From an uncultured Ignavibacteria bacterium (lineage in GTDB: Bacteria; Bacteroidota; Ignavibacteria; Kapaibacteriales; UBA2268), in assembly GCA_937127445.1 (NCBI GenBank), contig CAKZLY010000021.1, positions 15,886 to 79,885 on the forward strand: 64,000 nt of DNA, in the 5' to 3' direction. Below are positions 31,201 through 40,519 of the stretch, piece after piece. Numbering within the stretch: the first letter of the stretch is position 1; every line of letters starts with the position of its first letter. Both the position numbers and the translations under genes were made by a program. The notes under the pieces were generated by a model, which saw only the letters and a program-made list of their open reading frames with translations, made no database searches and was not told the origin of the DNA.

Positions 31201-33695
31201 TTATTAATGTTAAGAGTATCCAGCTTGTAATAGTTATTTTGAGTGCTGGTGAAGAATGGTGGAGTGTTCCTTAATACAAAGCCAGCAGAATAAGTCCCAG
31301 ACGTACGAACATTTTCTTCGAATGTATAAAGGCTACGGTCTGCAATAAATTCGAATTTTACATTTGGGAGACTCGAAGCATACGAAGTTGTGCTGCTTTC
31401 GCCATCAACAATACAGTTCTTAACAGTAATGTTGCGAGAACCATTGCTGAAATAGAACGGAACGCGGAACATTACAGATGGCGGAGTATGCATTTTGAAG
31501 ACAAGTGATTTTTGAGGACCACCGTCAAATACAATATATCCATCGCTTGCTGCATAATCGTTCTTATGTTCGTTCAATACCGAATTAATCGGAGCAAACG
31601 CAGATGTTTGATTATGATTCTGACCAAACAAAATCCCAATACCTGATGCGCTATAAAGATTGACGACCACACTTGCACGATTTGCCATTTTCTGTTGCGA
31701 AGGACGAATAATTATTTTAGCGTTTTCTGAAGCACCAATAATCTTGGTTCTCAAATCAAGTGCAGGGTATGATAAATTTATATCCCCTAAATTGTATGTA
31801 TCATCTTCTAATTCCAATACAACTTCGCCAGAAATACCCTTTTTGTAAATTTCGTCAAATGCTTGAGAAAGGCTTGTAAAATTATTGCTTCCTGTGCAAC
31901 TCGAACAAACTTTGTACGTTCCAACCAATCCAGATTTAACAACAAACGTTGTTGTATAAGTATTGTCAACAGGATTACCTTCTGATGGATGGTCTATCAT
32001 TATTGTTGCTGTATATGTCCCAGTAGCAGTTGGAACAAACTCATTCGGGAAACGAACTATTTTATATGGTGGAAAGGTCGAAGGAATGATATCGATATCT
32101 GTTTGATCCTGGAAAACAACCTGCCCCTGTGAGTTGGTAATAGTAATAGTTGCTAATGCACCAAAAATATCTTCGAAACCATTGTTCTGCACTCTAATAA
32201 CCACAGGTTGTGGACGCAATTTGTAGTTATCGCTTGCAGTAGGTGAAAACAATGTATCAGGCTGAGCATCAACACCGTAAGTAACCTTAAATATATGTGG
32301 CGTTCCACCCATCGGAGGGAAGAAATCGTTTGATGGATTTAGATCCTGCGAGTTAAGCAAGTATACTCTTACGCGAACTTCATACTCGCCAACTTCTGTT
32401 GGAGCAAAATTCTGGAAGAAAATTGTTGTGTTTGTCCCAGGTTGTAGCGGTGCAGTTTTATTTACCCATATCACATTTGGTGGCTGATGAACTAAAACGT
32501 TATTTTTGTAAATTCTGCATTCAACGCGGAACGAATCAACAGGATTAATTCCAGAGTTTTGAACTGTAATTCCAAGAGGAATTGTTGTACCAGAAAGTGG
32601 ATATTTTGTGAACTCTTTTTTAAGCGGATATGGTATGCCCAATGCAACCAAATCCCACGGTAACGCAATATAAAACTTTTGTTGGAAATCTTGTGTCAGA
32701 TCAGGTCTTCCTTCTACTTCAAATCGAGAATAAATAGTATATTCACCACTCGCAATACCAGGATTTGATAGGTCAAGCTGACCGGTTGGACCCTCCAGCG
32801 GATCAACATTTGCTGCAATACCTTTTGCATGAGTAAATCTATAACGAACAGGGTTAGGATCTCCAACAATTGTCAATGGAATTCTTGTTACACTCAAATT
32901 ACCTTCTGCTGTTGCAACATAAATAGTATCTGGATTTGGACTTGTCGATGGGCCTACAATAGCATAACTTACGTAAACAGTTGGTTGAATAGAAGCACGT
33001 TTAATATTTACAGATGGATGATTGTTGTGTTCAAATGGGATTACTGAACCCGCTGTCAAAACTGTTGAAGCAGGCGGATAAACAGCTGTCATTTGAGGAT
33101 TTGAAAGAATTTCTATTCTTGCATTGGGACGTGGTACTGTTCCAGCGCTTGTCCCAGAAAAAGTCAAAGCACATCCGTCGCCATCTCCGTAGCGAACATG
33201 GGCTCGCCCAGAAATATTAGTGCCATATACGTTTGTTATCGCTCCATAATTTGAGTTATTATAGCAAATTTTCACTAACAAGTTTCCGCCAGTATAATTA
33301 AAGTAATTTGCTGGCTGAAAACTAAATTTATTCCACCCAGAAGAAGTTACTGTGTATGAAGGAGTGGAATATACAAGTTGCCATCCAGAAGCAACAGGAG
33401 CTGATATCGAGGTCAACGTTGTATTCTGCATATATATGGAAAATCCAGCATAAGAAGCATATGTAGGACTTATCACATTAATCGAGAATCCTCTAATCAA
33501 TCCAGGATTGCCACCGGCACCAATGATTTCAGCAGCCGTATACAAATAAAAGCAAGCTGCATCTGGATTATCATTAAACGGATAAAAACTTGTAACTGTT
33601 CCCGTTCCAATCTGGATTTCTTGAGAACGAACAGTCCCAGCAAGCACTGAAAGCACTATTGCTACAATGCTAAACCATCTTAAAAATTTTCTCAT
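28209..33695 (-). CDS. Giant secreted T9SS cargo protein (~1828 aa) with parallel beta-helix repeats
   Basis: GAGAGG ribosome-binding site before MRKFLRW, signal peptide. Periodic N/I-rich beta-helix repeats. CTD ...GTYTVVVNAGNYSTTTTLKVVK. Confidence 0.65.
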   Translation of the reverse strand: MRKFLRWFSIVAIVLSVLAGTVRSQEIQIGTGTVTSFYPFNDNPDAACFYLYTAAEIIGAGGNPGLIRGFSINVISPTYASYAGFSIYMQNTTLTSISAPVASGWQLVYSTPSYTVTSSGWNKFSFQPANYFNYTGGNLLVKICYNNSNYGAITNVYGTNISGRAHVRYGDGDGCALTFSGTSAGTVPRPNARIEILSNPQMTAVYPPASTVLTAGSVIPFEHNNHPSVNIKRASIQPTVYVSYAIVGPSTSPNPDTIYVATAEGNLSVTRIPLTIVGDPNPVRYRFTHAKGIAANVDPLEGPTGQLDLSNPGIASGEYTIYSRFEVEGRPDLTQDFQQKFYIALPWDLVALGIPYPLKKEFTKYPLSGTTIPLGITVQNSGINPVDSFRVECRIYKNNVLVHQPPNVIWVNKTAPLQPGTNTTIFFQNFAPTEVGEYEVRVRVYLLNSQDLNPSNDFFPPMGGTPHIFKVTYGVDAQPDTLFSPTASDNYKLRPQPVVIRVQNNGFEDIFGALATITITNSQGQVVFQDQTDIDIIPSTFPPYKIVRFPNEFVPTATGTYTATIMIDHPSEGNPVDNTYTTTFVVKSGLVGTYKVCSSCTGSNNFTSLSQAFDEIYKKGISGEVVLELEDDTYNLGDINLSYPALDLRTKIIGASENAKIIIRPSQQKMANRASVVVNLYSASGIGILFGQNHNQTSAFAPINSVLNEHKNDYAASDGYIVFDGGPQKSLVFKMHTPPSVMFRVPFYFSNGSRNITVKNCIVDGESSTTSYASSLPNVKFEFIADRSLYTFEENVRTSGTYSAGFVLRNTPPFFTSTQNNYYKLDTLNINNIVIENNEITKFGYGIVSLGLGVLDKIRGPEVTITKYLNNNNKFIKNKIYDVGRAGIFVGYEENTLIAQNRIYNINATTSDAAGIIVGGEDKAGFLGYHNNNIRIDGNEISNIKSSFITFGVKIEQASYTLQEGATRTQFFPKDKEKFVVVNNMIYDLKVNNAAAHIAGIYLATARNINVPNFNDRILSPAKAGFFTREDKIINNTIIIPNDQFANTGNIAGIAVMQNKDLTMGNNAIAILDDNIASSVETKTAVFYYNEKPKEDGTKIERNAFWLASGIDYYRYIEVDVERNLLTLGFTGEFKTLNQWRYWTGCDIYSVDYNFLQDHEMIGSNPGNLRVKSNPTPINSKINNRGTRYDVLSSDIDGNLRGFANQRYDIGACEFNGRLLNNDIEIHSIVAPGAYQDLRLTSLFNDAEYIMTQSPVEVKAIVRNNGNMLQSAAQIKVEIFREDTLGNFVIPAVAPKIVTAQISPTDDAVVVFGLGDGKDNDDFIPLTYSQVVGYNVPQHFSTMLPNVTPRYRIRVSLAQPDEMTSNNVLEDKIVRFYLKRAKLDLLLSVENSFVNIDTVSNPTPQQMDQIAGRLNADTLITAFRRIGWFQMKGEADHDFDIFDRRGWEERSVNYTMYRSLFFGDANDKMYTTYVIGDVLKFLNKGKLNDKSNFIIASQDVVRQNGIPQYLDGTYFTEKILRATPKVTRPFDSLSVVRGFAVARNIDFAAVPTGFLGDPKPVGDVVNMTESGVGVARVGMFYINPDTIMFDQKIMCIASSSLFTNVIYFGLDWRHFPMADALIRASMDYVQNNGGTIIPIELFSFDANAVGKRVELNWVSASEVNSSRFDIEKAKVNEFGIGAFAKIDEVKAKGNSAVATEYGPVIDRSVSAGKSYAYRLKMIDQNGEFSYSNTRVVTIEGDGAFEISGISPNPAKDYAYVSFYSPVEGSALVGIYNIAGSKVFAESFGSIAAGENQLRLDLRNLTAGTYTVVVNAGNYSTTTTLKVVK

Positions 33696-33854
33696 TAATA
33701 ACCTCTCAAATAGTAACAAAATATATTTTTATGCTCACTAAATAATTGCAAATAGCAAGTTACATTAAAATTAACAATTTTTATAGAAATAAATATAATG
33801 ATAATATAACAAATTTATAATAAAATTGTTACAAAAGAAAAATAAAAATAAAAA

Positions 33855-33965
33855 AACCGTTGCTCTGTAAAAATTTTTTAACAAGGGGATGACATTTTCG
33901 CTGATTTTTAATCGGCGGGATACAGAGCAACGGTTGCCGATTTCATCGCTTTTGCGATGTTTTTA
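33855..33965 (+). promoter_or_regulatory. Structured leader or sRNA-like element upstream of mgtE: 15-bp perfect stem, a competing 7-bp hairpin, and an intrinsic terminator
   Basis: AACCGTTGCTCTGTA (33855-69) pairs perfectly with TACAGAGCAACGGTT (33921-35). AATCGGC/GCCGATT (33910-16/33936-42) is mutually exclusive with that stem. CATCGC-TTTT-GCGATG followed by TTTTT at 33944-64. Confidence 0.4.
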
Positions 33966-34260
33966 AATACACATTTTTTCTTGATACAAAATAATCGATT
34001 TTTTTTCTAAAAAATTATAGTCTAAAATGTGATTTTATTGTAGTAAAGTACCACTTCAATTTGTAGTGCTTACCACTACAAAATTTCCCTTCTATTTTAT
34101 CATTATTTTTGATAATTTTGTATGATTTATGTTTAACAAACATTTGAACGAAATGTCCAAATCTGATGATCCTGGCAGTTGGGTTATCTCTTTAATTAAC
34201 GAAATTATGTAGTTGCGGGGATGGTTTTGCAGCTATCTCCGCCTAAAGTGTGGAGGTAAT

Positions 34261-35640
34261 ATGCAAAACATCATCATTCTTCCTGAGCTAAAAGAACTTA
34301 TCGAAGCTAAGGAGTTCGATGTAATCAAAGAAATTTTTTATGATTCTCACTCCGCCGAAATTGCAGAACAAATCTCAGTCCTCGAGCCAGAAGAAGCCTG
34401 GCAAATAATTGAACTATTCGACAAACACCGCCGTGCTGAAATTTTCAGTTTTTTAGACCTTCAGATACAGGTCGATATTGCCGAAATTATTGAACGCAGC
34501 AAACTTGTCGACCTGCTCACCGAAATGTCCTCCGACGACAGAGTTGACCTTTTCAAACGCTTCCCCGAAGAAAAGCAGGAACTCATTCTCCCGTTGCTCG
34601 CACAAGCCGAACGCGAGGATATTCGCCGCCTTGCGGAATACCCCGAAGGTAGCGCCGGTTCCGTTATGACCTCGGAATACGTCGCTATCCCAGATAACAT
34701 CACTGTTGATGAAGCTATCCGTAGAATTCGATTAGAAGCATCTCAAAAAGAAACTATCTTTTATATTTATGTTATAAATGAAAAGCGACAACTTATTGGG
34801 TTTGTCTCTCTTACCGATTTGATTATGGCTCATCCCAACACCCGCATTAAAGACATAATGAAAAGAGATGTAATCTACGTTACAATCGACGAGGACCAGG
34901 AAAAAGTTGCTCGCAAAATCCAAAAATACGACTTAATCGCCATACCCGTTGTCAATGGCAATAATGTGTTAGTCGGTATCGTTACCCACGACGACGCTAT
35001 CGACATCATCACACAAGAACAAACAGAAGACCTTGAAAAGTTCATGGCTATCGCCGGTGCTCACGCTGCCGCCGCCTACAACAAAACACCCGTTATCACG
35101 CATTTTAAAAATCGTGCCGTGTGGGTTGTTTCGCTTGCGGCAATTGGGTTAGTTTCAGGTATGATTATTCATTCATTCGAAAATACCCTGATGAACCTAA
35201 TGATATTGGCTCTTTATATGCCTATGGTTGCTGATACTGGCGGCAACGTAGGTAGTCAGTCTGCAACGGTTGTTGTGCGTGCATTAGCTCTGGGCGAAGT
35301 TACCTCCCGTGATTTTTTCAAGGTTATCTGGAAAGAATTTAGAATTTCTCTTCTGCTTGCATTGGCATTAGGTATGCTTTCGTGGATCAAAGTCGTTTTT
35401 CTTTCATCCAATTCAGAAATACCTGTAAACTTTTCTTTACAACAAATTAGTATAGTTATTGCGATTGCTCTCTCACTTCAAGTTGTTACTGCAACTTTAA
35501 TTGGCGCTATGCTTCCGCTGATTGCAACTAAATTTAAGCTCGACCCCGCTGTTGTTGCTAGTCCAGCGCTTACTACTATCGTTGATATTACTGGGCTTTT
35601 GATATATTTCTCAACTGCAAAATTTTTGCTTGGTCTCTAA
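34261..35640 (+). CDS. mgtE: Magnesium transporter MgtE
   Basis: GGAGG ribosome-binding site. MgtE N-domain, tandem CBS domains, 5-TM C-terminal domain with a PMVADTGGN-like motif. Confidence 0.9.
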   Translation: MQNIIILPELKELIEAKEFDVIKEIFYDSHSAEIAEQISVLEPEEAWQIIELFDKHRRAEIFSFLDLQIQVDIAEIIERSKLVDLLTEMSSDDRVDLFKRFPEEKQELILPLLAQAEREDIRRLAEYPEGSAGSVMTSEYVAIPDNITVDEAIRRIRLEASQKETIFYIYVINEKRQLIGFVSLTDLIMAHPNTRIKDIMKRDVIYVTIDEDQEKVARKIQKYDLIAIPVVNGNNVLVGIVTHDDAIDIITQEQTEDLEKFMAIAGAHAAAAYNKTPVITHFKNRAVWVVSLAAIGLVSGMIIHSFENTLMNLMILALYMPMVADTGGNVGSQSATVVVRALALGEVTSRDFFKVIWKEFRISLLLALALGMLSWIKVVFLSSNSEIPVNFSLQQISIVIAIALSLQVVTATLIGAMLPLIATKFKLDPAVVASPALTTIVDITGLLIYFSTAKFLLGL

Positions 35641-35664
35641 TTTTTCAGATTACTATTTACAAAA

Positions 35665-35700
35665 CAAGGCTGTCTTCTGCAGACAGCCTTGTGCATTTAT
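35665..35700. terminator. Bidirectional rho-independent terminator between mgtE and the lipoprotein gene
   Basis: 11-bp stem CAAGGCTGTCT/AGACAGCCTTG with T-rich flanks. Confidence 0.6.
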
Positions 35701-35709
35701 TCTTAAATT

Positions 35710-36384
35710 TTATCTTGCGGCTAATACTTCTTTCTTGCTGCCATCTGTGAATTCAATACTCATTGGCGACCAAATTGCTCTTAAATTCTTTGAATTACGG
35801 AAAACTTCATCTCTCTGGTTTGTCTTATCGTGTATAAACGGCATCGCGAAACGTTGAGTTTCACCGGACTTAATTGGACGGTCGCTTGCTATATTAAATG
35901 CTTTTAGCAGTGTGTTCTCTGGTGTGTAGAAATCAAGCTCACCTTTGACAAAGCGTATTTCTTTATCTGAAAGATTTGTAACTTCGAAAATTATCACATT
36001 AAGTTGCTGGCCGTCCTTTTCAAGCGGTTGAAATCCAACATATAAAAACTTATGATTTATTGCTAAATCTACTCGCTTAGCCGTTGTTTCGCAGAATGCT
36101 TTGGATTGCTGCATCACATACTCTTTTTGCGACTTGATAATATCAAGCACTGTTTTCCCAACTACAGAATCTTTGAAAGTCCCTAAGCGAACCAGTCCAT
36201 TTGTGAATAATTCTACTTCTTCTTTGGTCAAAGCCGATTCTGCTTTCACTTTTGCGGCAATTTCAGGTAGATTGTGCAATGTGATTTTTTCGCTCATCAC
36301 ATTTGTGTTAGAATATTCTTGTTTTGTGCAAGCACTCAATACAATACCAAAAATTGCAAATAATAATAACACTTTTCTAAACAT
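35710..36384 (-). CDS. Hypothetical lipoprotein
   Basis: Lipobox LLFAIFGIVLSAC. No recognisable domain. Confidence 0.45.
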   Translation of the reverse strand: MFRKVLLLFAIFGIVLSACTKQEYSNTNVMSEKITLHNLPEIAAKVKAESALTKEEVELFTNGLVRLGTFKDSVVGKTVLDIIKSQKEYVMQQSKAFCETTAKRVDLAINHKFLYVGFQPLEKDGQQLNVIIFEVTNLSDKEIRFVKGELDFYTPENTLLKAFNIASDRPIKSGETQRFAMPFIHDKTNQRDEVFRNSKNLRAIWSPMSIEFTDGSKKEVLAAR

Positions 36385-36477
36385 AGTAACTCCAATTATT
36401 ATTGAAATAATCTAATTCATAAGTTTTATATTCACAAAAATAATAAAAATTTTTAGTTTTATATATCATTTTGAATT

Positions 36478-37218
36478 TTATGCTCTCATCAACGCAGCTA
36501 CATCTACCCGTCGCGCACCTGCTTCAAGAAATACACCCGCAAGCGCATTCACAGTCGAACCCGTTGTAAGAACATCATCTATTATTAAAATAATTTTGTT
36601 TTTAATTTTTTCTGCTTCAATAATCTCAAAAATATTTTTTACATTGAAAATACGCTCACGAACACTTAATTTTGTTTGAGAGCAAGTATATTCTTTCCGC
36701 CGGGCTAATTCTAATTCAAGTTTGCTTTCAAGCACTTCGGCTACTGCTTTTGCAATAAAGACAGATTGATTATATCCTCGCTCACGCTTCTTTGCCGAAT
36801 GTATTGCCACAGGCACAACATAATCGTATCCAACATCGGAATTTCGCTTTACCGCCTCCCCAAGCATCGAACCAAACTTCTGCCCAATGTCTTTTACTCC
36901 GCGATATTTCAAAGCATAGATTAATCTCTCAAATGGGAACTCATCTGTCGATGAAAACAAACAATAGGCATTGATAAAATTTAAATTATCAAACCCGTGT
37001 ATCTCTGCAAGCTTGTTTATCGTTTGTTCGCTACTTTCCGGCAAGGGCAAAGAAGATAAGCACCGCAAGCAAGCAAACTGCTCCGCATCACCCACAATTT
37101 TTCCCCCACACACATAACAATGCTCTGGGAAAAATAAATTCTCGCCTAATGAAACAATTTTCGAAACTGTTCTAAAAATTATTTTAATGATTGCCATAAT
37201 TAAAGAAAAGAACATCAA
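36478..37218 (-). CDS. comFC: ComF-family phosphoribosyltransferase (ComFC-like)
   Basis: N-terminal double CxxC zinc-ribbon (CYVCGG...CLRC) plus PRTase motif ILIIDDVLTTGSTVNA. Confidence 0.75.
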   Translation of the reverse strand: MMFFSLIMAIIKIIFRTVSKIVSLGENLFFPEHCYVCGGKIVGDAEQFACLRCLSSLPLPESSEQTINKLAEIHGFDNLNFINAYCLFSSTDEFPFERLIYALKYRGVKDIGQKFGSMLGEAVKRNSDVGYDYVVPVAIHSAKKRERGYNQSVFIAKAVAEVLESKLELELARRKEYTCSQTKLSVRERIFNVKNIFEIIEAEKIKNKIILIIDDVLTTGSTVNALAGVFLEAGARRVDVAALMRA

Positions 37219-37295
37219 GAACGCAGAATACTTTTGGTAGAGAGGTTCGGTTTGCCGCTAAATTTAGTGGGGAACCTCTCTACAAAAGAACAAAA

Positions 37296-37673
37296 TTAAA
37301 ATACAGCAATAGCCTCAATTTCAATCAATACATCCTTCGGCAAACGAGCTACTTGAAAAGCAGCGCGAGCAGGCTTGCTTTCGCCAAAATATTCGTTGTA
37401 AATTTCGTTCATCACAGCAAAATCATTCATATCTTTGAGCAAAACTGTTGTTTTCACAACATTTTCAACTGTGAGCCCAGCCTCTTTTAAAATAGAAATT
37501 ATGTTCTTAATAGCTTGGTGAGTTTGAGTTTTAATATCCTCTCCTGCTAAATTCCCTTCAGCAGTGAATGGAATTTGCCCCGAGATGAACAAAAATTTAC
37601 CTTCTGCTTTAATCGCTTGTGAATACGGACCAATTGGTGCCGGCGCTTCTTTCGAAAATACAACTTCTTTCAT
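37296..37673 (-). CDS. ridA: RidA/YjgF-family reactive-intermediate deaminase
   Basis: [11 protein letters not shown]...GQIP... motifs. About 125 aa. Confidence 0.85.
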   Translation of the reverse strand: MKEVVFSKEAPAPIGPYSQAIKAEGKFLFISGQIPFTAEGNLAGEDIKTQTHQAIKNIISILKEAGLTVENVVKTTVLLKDMNDFAVMNEIYNEYFGESKPARAAFQVARLPKDVLIEIEAIAVF

Positions 37674-37713
37674 ACTAAAACCTCACATATTAAATTAATA
37701 ATGAACATAGGCA

Positions 37714-38652
37714 TCAAAATTTTACTTCAATTAATGATTTCCCAAGTAATGCAGCCCCTCTTACACCGGTATCACTCAAATACCGAGCCGATCGCAATTC
37801 AAATTTTTCTGCAAGTGGCGGAAGCAGATGCATTCGCATCACTTTTTTTGCACTCTCAAACATCAGTTCTCCAGCATTTGCAACACCACCACCAACAATA
37901 ACCGTGCTAATATCAAGTAAATTCATCGCACTCGATAAGCCATAACCTAATATTTCACCTGCTTTTTGAAGAACCTTCCTGCCTGCTGTATCGCCTTCTA
38001 CTGCGAAATTATAAATATCAACAACATCTAAATTACTTTTTATATTCAATTTCGAGGACTTATCCTTTGCTGCTTCATCACTTGCAATTGAAAGTATAGA
38101 ATTTTTACCTAAAAACGATTCAAAAGTACCTTGCTTGTATTTAATTTGAGTTTTGGAGCGACAATTATAATCAATTATTGTGTATCCAATTTCCCCGGCT
38201 CCGCTGCTTTCCCCTCGAATCAACTCTTTGTGGTAGATAATCGCCCCACCAACTCCTGTGCCAAGGGTAACGTAGATAAAAGAATCTTTGTCTTTGCCAG
38301 TTCCTTCATACATTTCAGCAAGTGCAGCCGCATTTGCATCATTTTCCACAGCCAATGGCACATCTGAATAATTTCGCAAAAATTTGAGCAGCGGAATATT
38401 TTCCCAATCCGGCAAATTAGGTGAAACAAGCACATTCCCCATCGCATCAACTACACCGGGTACACCAACCCCAACTGCTCTAATTTTCGGATATTCTCCA
38501 AAATACTCCCTTATGAGCGTTCTTAACTTTATCAAAACGCTTGCAGCACCAAGATTTGCTTCTGTCGGAATAGTTCTTTGGGCGACAAGATTTTCGCCAT
38601 CTAAAATTGCCGATTTTATGCTTGTCCCACCAACATCAATCCCAAGATACAT
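37714..38652 (-). CDS. ROK-family glucokinase
   Basis: MYLGIDVGGTSIK, ROK signature GxGxGxGGAII, and ExGH-like motifs. Confidence 0.75.
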   Translation of the reverse strand: MYLGIDVGGTSIKSAILDGENLVAQRTIPTEANLGAASVLIKLRTLIREYFGEYPKIRAVGVGVPGVVDAMGNVLVSPNLPDWENIPLLKFLRNYSDVPLAVENDANAAALAEMYEGTGKDKDSFIYVTLGTGVGGAIIYHKELIRGESSGAGEIGYTIIDYNCRSKTQIKYKQGTFESFLGKNSILSIASDEAAKDKSSKLNIKSNLDVVDIYNFAVEGDTAGRKVLQKAGEILGYGLSSAMNLLDISTVIVGGGVANAGELMFESAKKVMRMHLLPPLAEKFELRSARYLSDTGVRGAALLGKSLIEVKF

Positions 38653-38964
38653 TTATTTTTTCTCTCTTTCAATAATAATCACTTCTTCATTTGGTTTGGT
38701 CATACCATATTTTTCGCGTGCGATCCGTTCTATTTCAGTAGTATCGTAGAGCAACTTCTTAATTCTTGTGTTGAGCGAATCTTTTCGCTTCATTTCTTCT
38801 TCAATCTTTTCTTTTATCTCGCGTTTATCCATTTCGAGTTGAAAACGCTTATATAACCCTGAATCCGAGAAAACAACAAGCAGCAACACCAAAAGCAAAA
38901 CAAGCCAGAAAGTGTATTTTCGCTTTCTGGCGTTGCTTCGAGTTTGTTTTTCTTGTTCAGACAT
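38653..38964 (-). CDS. ftsB: Septum formation initiator (FtsB/DivIC-like)
   Basis: Single N-terminal TM helix followed by a coiled coil. About 100 aa. Confidence 0.55.
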   Translation of the reverse strand: MSEQEKQTRSNARKRKYTFWLVLLLVLLLVVFSDSGLYKRFQLEMDKREIKEKIEEEMKRKDSLNTRIKKLLYDTTEIERIAREKYGMTKPNEEVIIIEREKK

Positions 38965-38966
38965 TA

Positions 38967-40307
38967 TTATTTTGCAAATTTCTGCAAAAACCCAACAAAT
39001 TTATTCATTTCGTCTATTGTGCGTTTTTCAGTAACAGCCACAAGCAGCCCTTGATGGCATTCAGGGAAACGGCTTGTATCAATTCCAGGCATAATTGCAA
39101 CTTTCGAAGCTTCTTCAATGATTTGTGACGCTGGAACTGGGGGAATAACCAAAAATTCATTGAAAAATGGCTTATCGCCCAACAATTTAAAGCCACTGAT
39201 TTTTTTGATTTGTCCTGCTAAATAATGTGCTTTCTGCATAGACTGTTCGGCAACTTCCTTTATTCCCTGCTTGCCCATAGCTGCCATGTAAACAGTTGCA
39301 GCTAACATAAACAAACCTTGATTTGAGCAAATGTTCGAAGTTGCTTTTTCGCGTTTGATTTGCTGTTCGCGAGTTTGCAGTGTCAACACAAATCCGCGTT
39401 TGCCTTCCAAATCTTCTGTTATGCCAGCAATTCTGCCGGGCATTTTGCGAATAAATTCATTTTTGCAGGCAAATATCCCAAGATAAGGTCCGCCAAAACT
39501 TAATGGAATGCCAAGCGGTTGACCTTCGCCAACAACAATATCAGCATTGTATTCACCAGGTGCAGCAAGCACACCTAACGATATTGGGTTTATTACTGTA
39601 ATAAACAGCGCTTTTTTTTCGTGTGCAATTCTTTCTATTTCAAAGACATCTTCTAAATTTCCATAGGCATTTGGCTGCTGAACAATTACAGCCGACGTTT
39701 TGTCGGTAACAAGCGAACGAAGACTTTCGAGGTCGCAAGTGCCATCTTCTAATTTAGCCTGGTGGAAAGTATAATTCTTGCCAGCAGTAATTGTATCTAC
39801 CACACGTCTATAATTTGGATTGACTGTGCCGGCATAAACAAATTCTGTTTTGCGGTTATGTGCGTTTGCCATCATACAAGCCTCGGCAAGAGCAGTAGAA
39901 CCATCATACATCGACGCATTAGCCACATCCATTCCTGTAAGAGCGCATATCATAGACTGATATTCATACATTGCTTGAAGTGTTCCTTGCGAGACTTCCG
40001 CCTGATATGGCGTGTAGGCTGTTTTGAATTCAGGACGCTCTATAACTGCACCAACGATGGACGGAATGAAATGGTCGTAACTGCCGCCACCCATAAAACA
40101 AGTATGAGATGAAGTTGTAATATTTTGATTTGCCAGTTCGCCCATCATTTTTACAACTTCGTATTCGGACATTGCCGTAGGGAGATTAAGTTCTTTATTT
40201 AATCTGATTTCTTCTGGAATTGCTGCAATAAGTTCTTCAAAATTTTTTACACCAATACGTTCGAGCATTTCTTGACGCTCTCTATCTGTATTAGGAATGA
40301 AAGGCAT
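38967..40307 (-). CDS. gcvPA: Glycine dehydrogenase (decarboxylating) subunit 1, GcvPA
   Basis: Start MPFIPNTDRERQEMLERIGV with a GGAG ribosome-binding site. The N-terminal motif is conserved in GcvPA. Confidence 0.85.
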   Translation of the reverse strand: MPFIPNTDRERQEMLERIGVKNFEELIAAIPEEIRLNKELNLPTAMSEYEVVKMMGELANQNITTSSHTCFMGGGSYDHFIPSIVGAVIERPEFKTAYTPYQAEVSQGTLQAMYEYQSMICALTGMDVANASMYDGSTALAEACMMANAHNRKTEFVYAGTVNPNYRRVVDTITAGKNYTFHQAKLEDGTCDLESLRSLVTDKTSAVIVQQPNAYGNLEDVFEIERIAHEKKALFITVINPISLGVLAAPGEYNADIVVGEGQPLGIPLSFGGPYLGIFACKNEFIRKMPGRIAGITEDLEGKRGFVLTLQTREQQIKREKATSNICSNQGLFMLAATVYMAAMGKQGIKEVAEQSMQKAHYLAGQIKKISGFKLLGDKPFFNEFLVIPPVPASQIIEEASKVAIMPGIDTSRFPECHQGLLVAVTEKRTIDEMNKFVGFLQKFAK

Positions 40308-40519
40308 AATATAACTCCAAATAATAATTATGTTTATACAAAACACAAAATTAGTTTAATTATATGAGTTTTCAAAAAAATATTGCATTGTATTCGCAAA
40401 TAGAAATATACAACAAAATAAAATCAAAATCTATCTTGTATTGATATGATCGGAGTAGCTCCCAACTAATAAAGAAAAGTCTATCGATTAATAACAAATT
40501 GTTCTATAATTAAGTGTAA

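Noticed and set aside
33841-33965. Calling the mgtE upstream element an M-box (ykoK) riboswitch
   Set aside because: I cannot align it convincingly to the M-box consensus from memory. It is too short (about 110 nt versus about 160) and lacks recognisable conserved M-box segments. I report it only as an unclassified structured leader or sRNA.
34150-34260. Sigma-54 promoter (TGGCAG...TTATC) upstream of mgtE
   Set aside because: Spacing and the -12 element (no TTGC at the required distance from GG) do not fit the -24/-12 consensus.
40347-40519. Glycine riboswitch upstream of gcvPA
   Set aside because: The region is AT-rich and lacks the conserved GGAGAG/CACCG/CUCUGGAGA elements of glycine aptamers on the minus strand.
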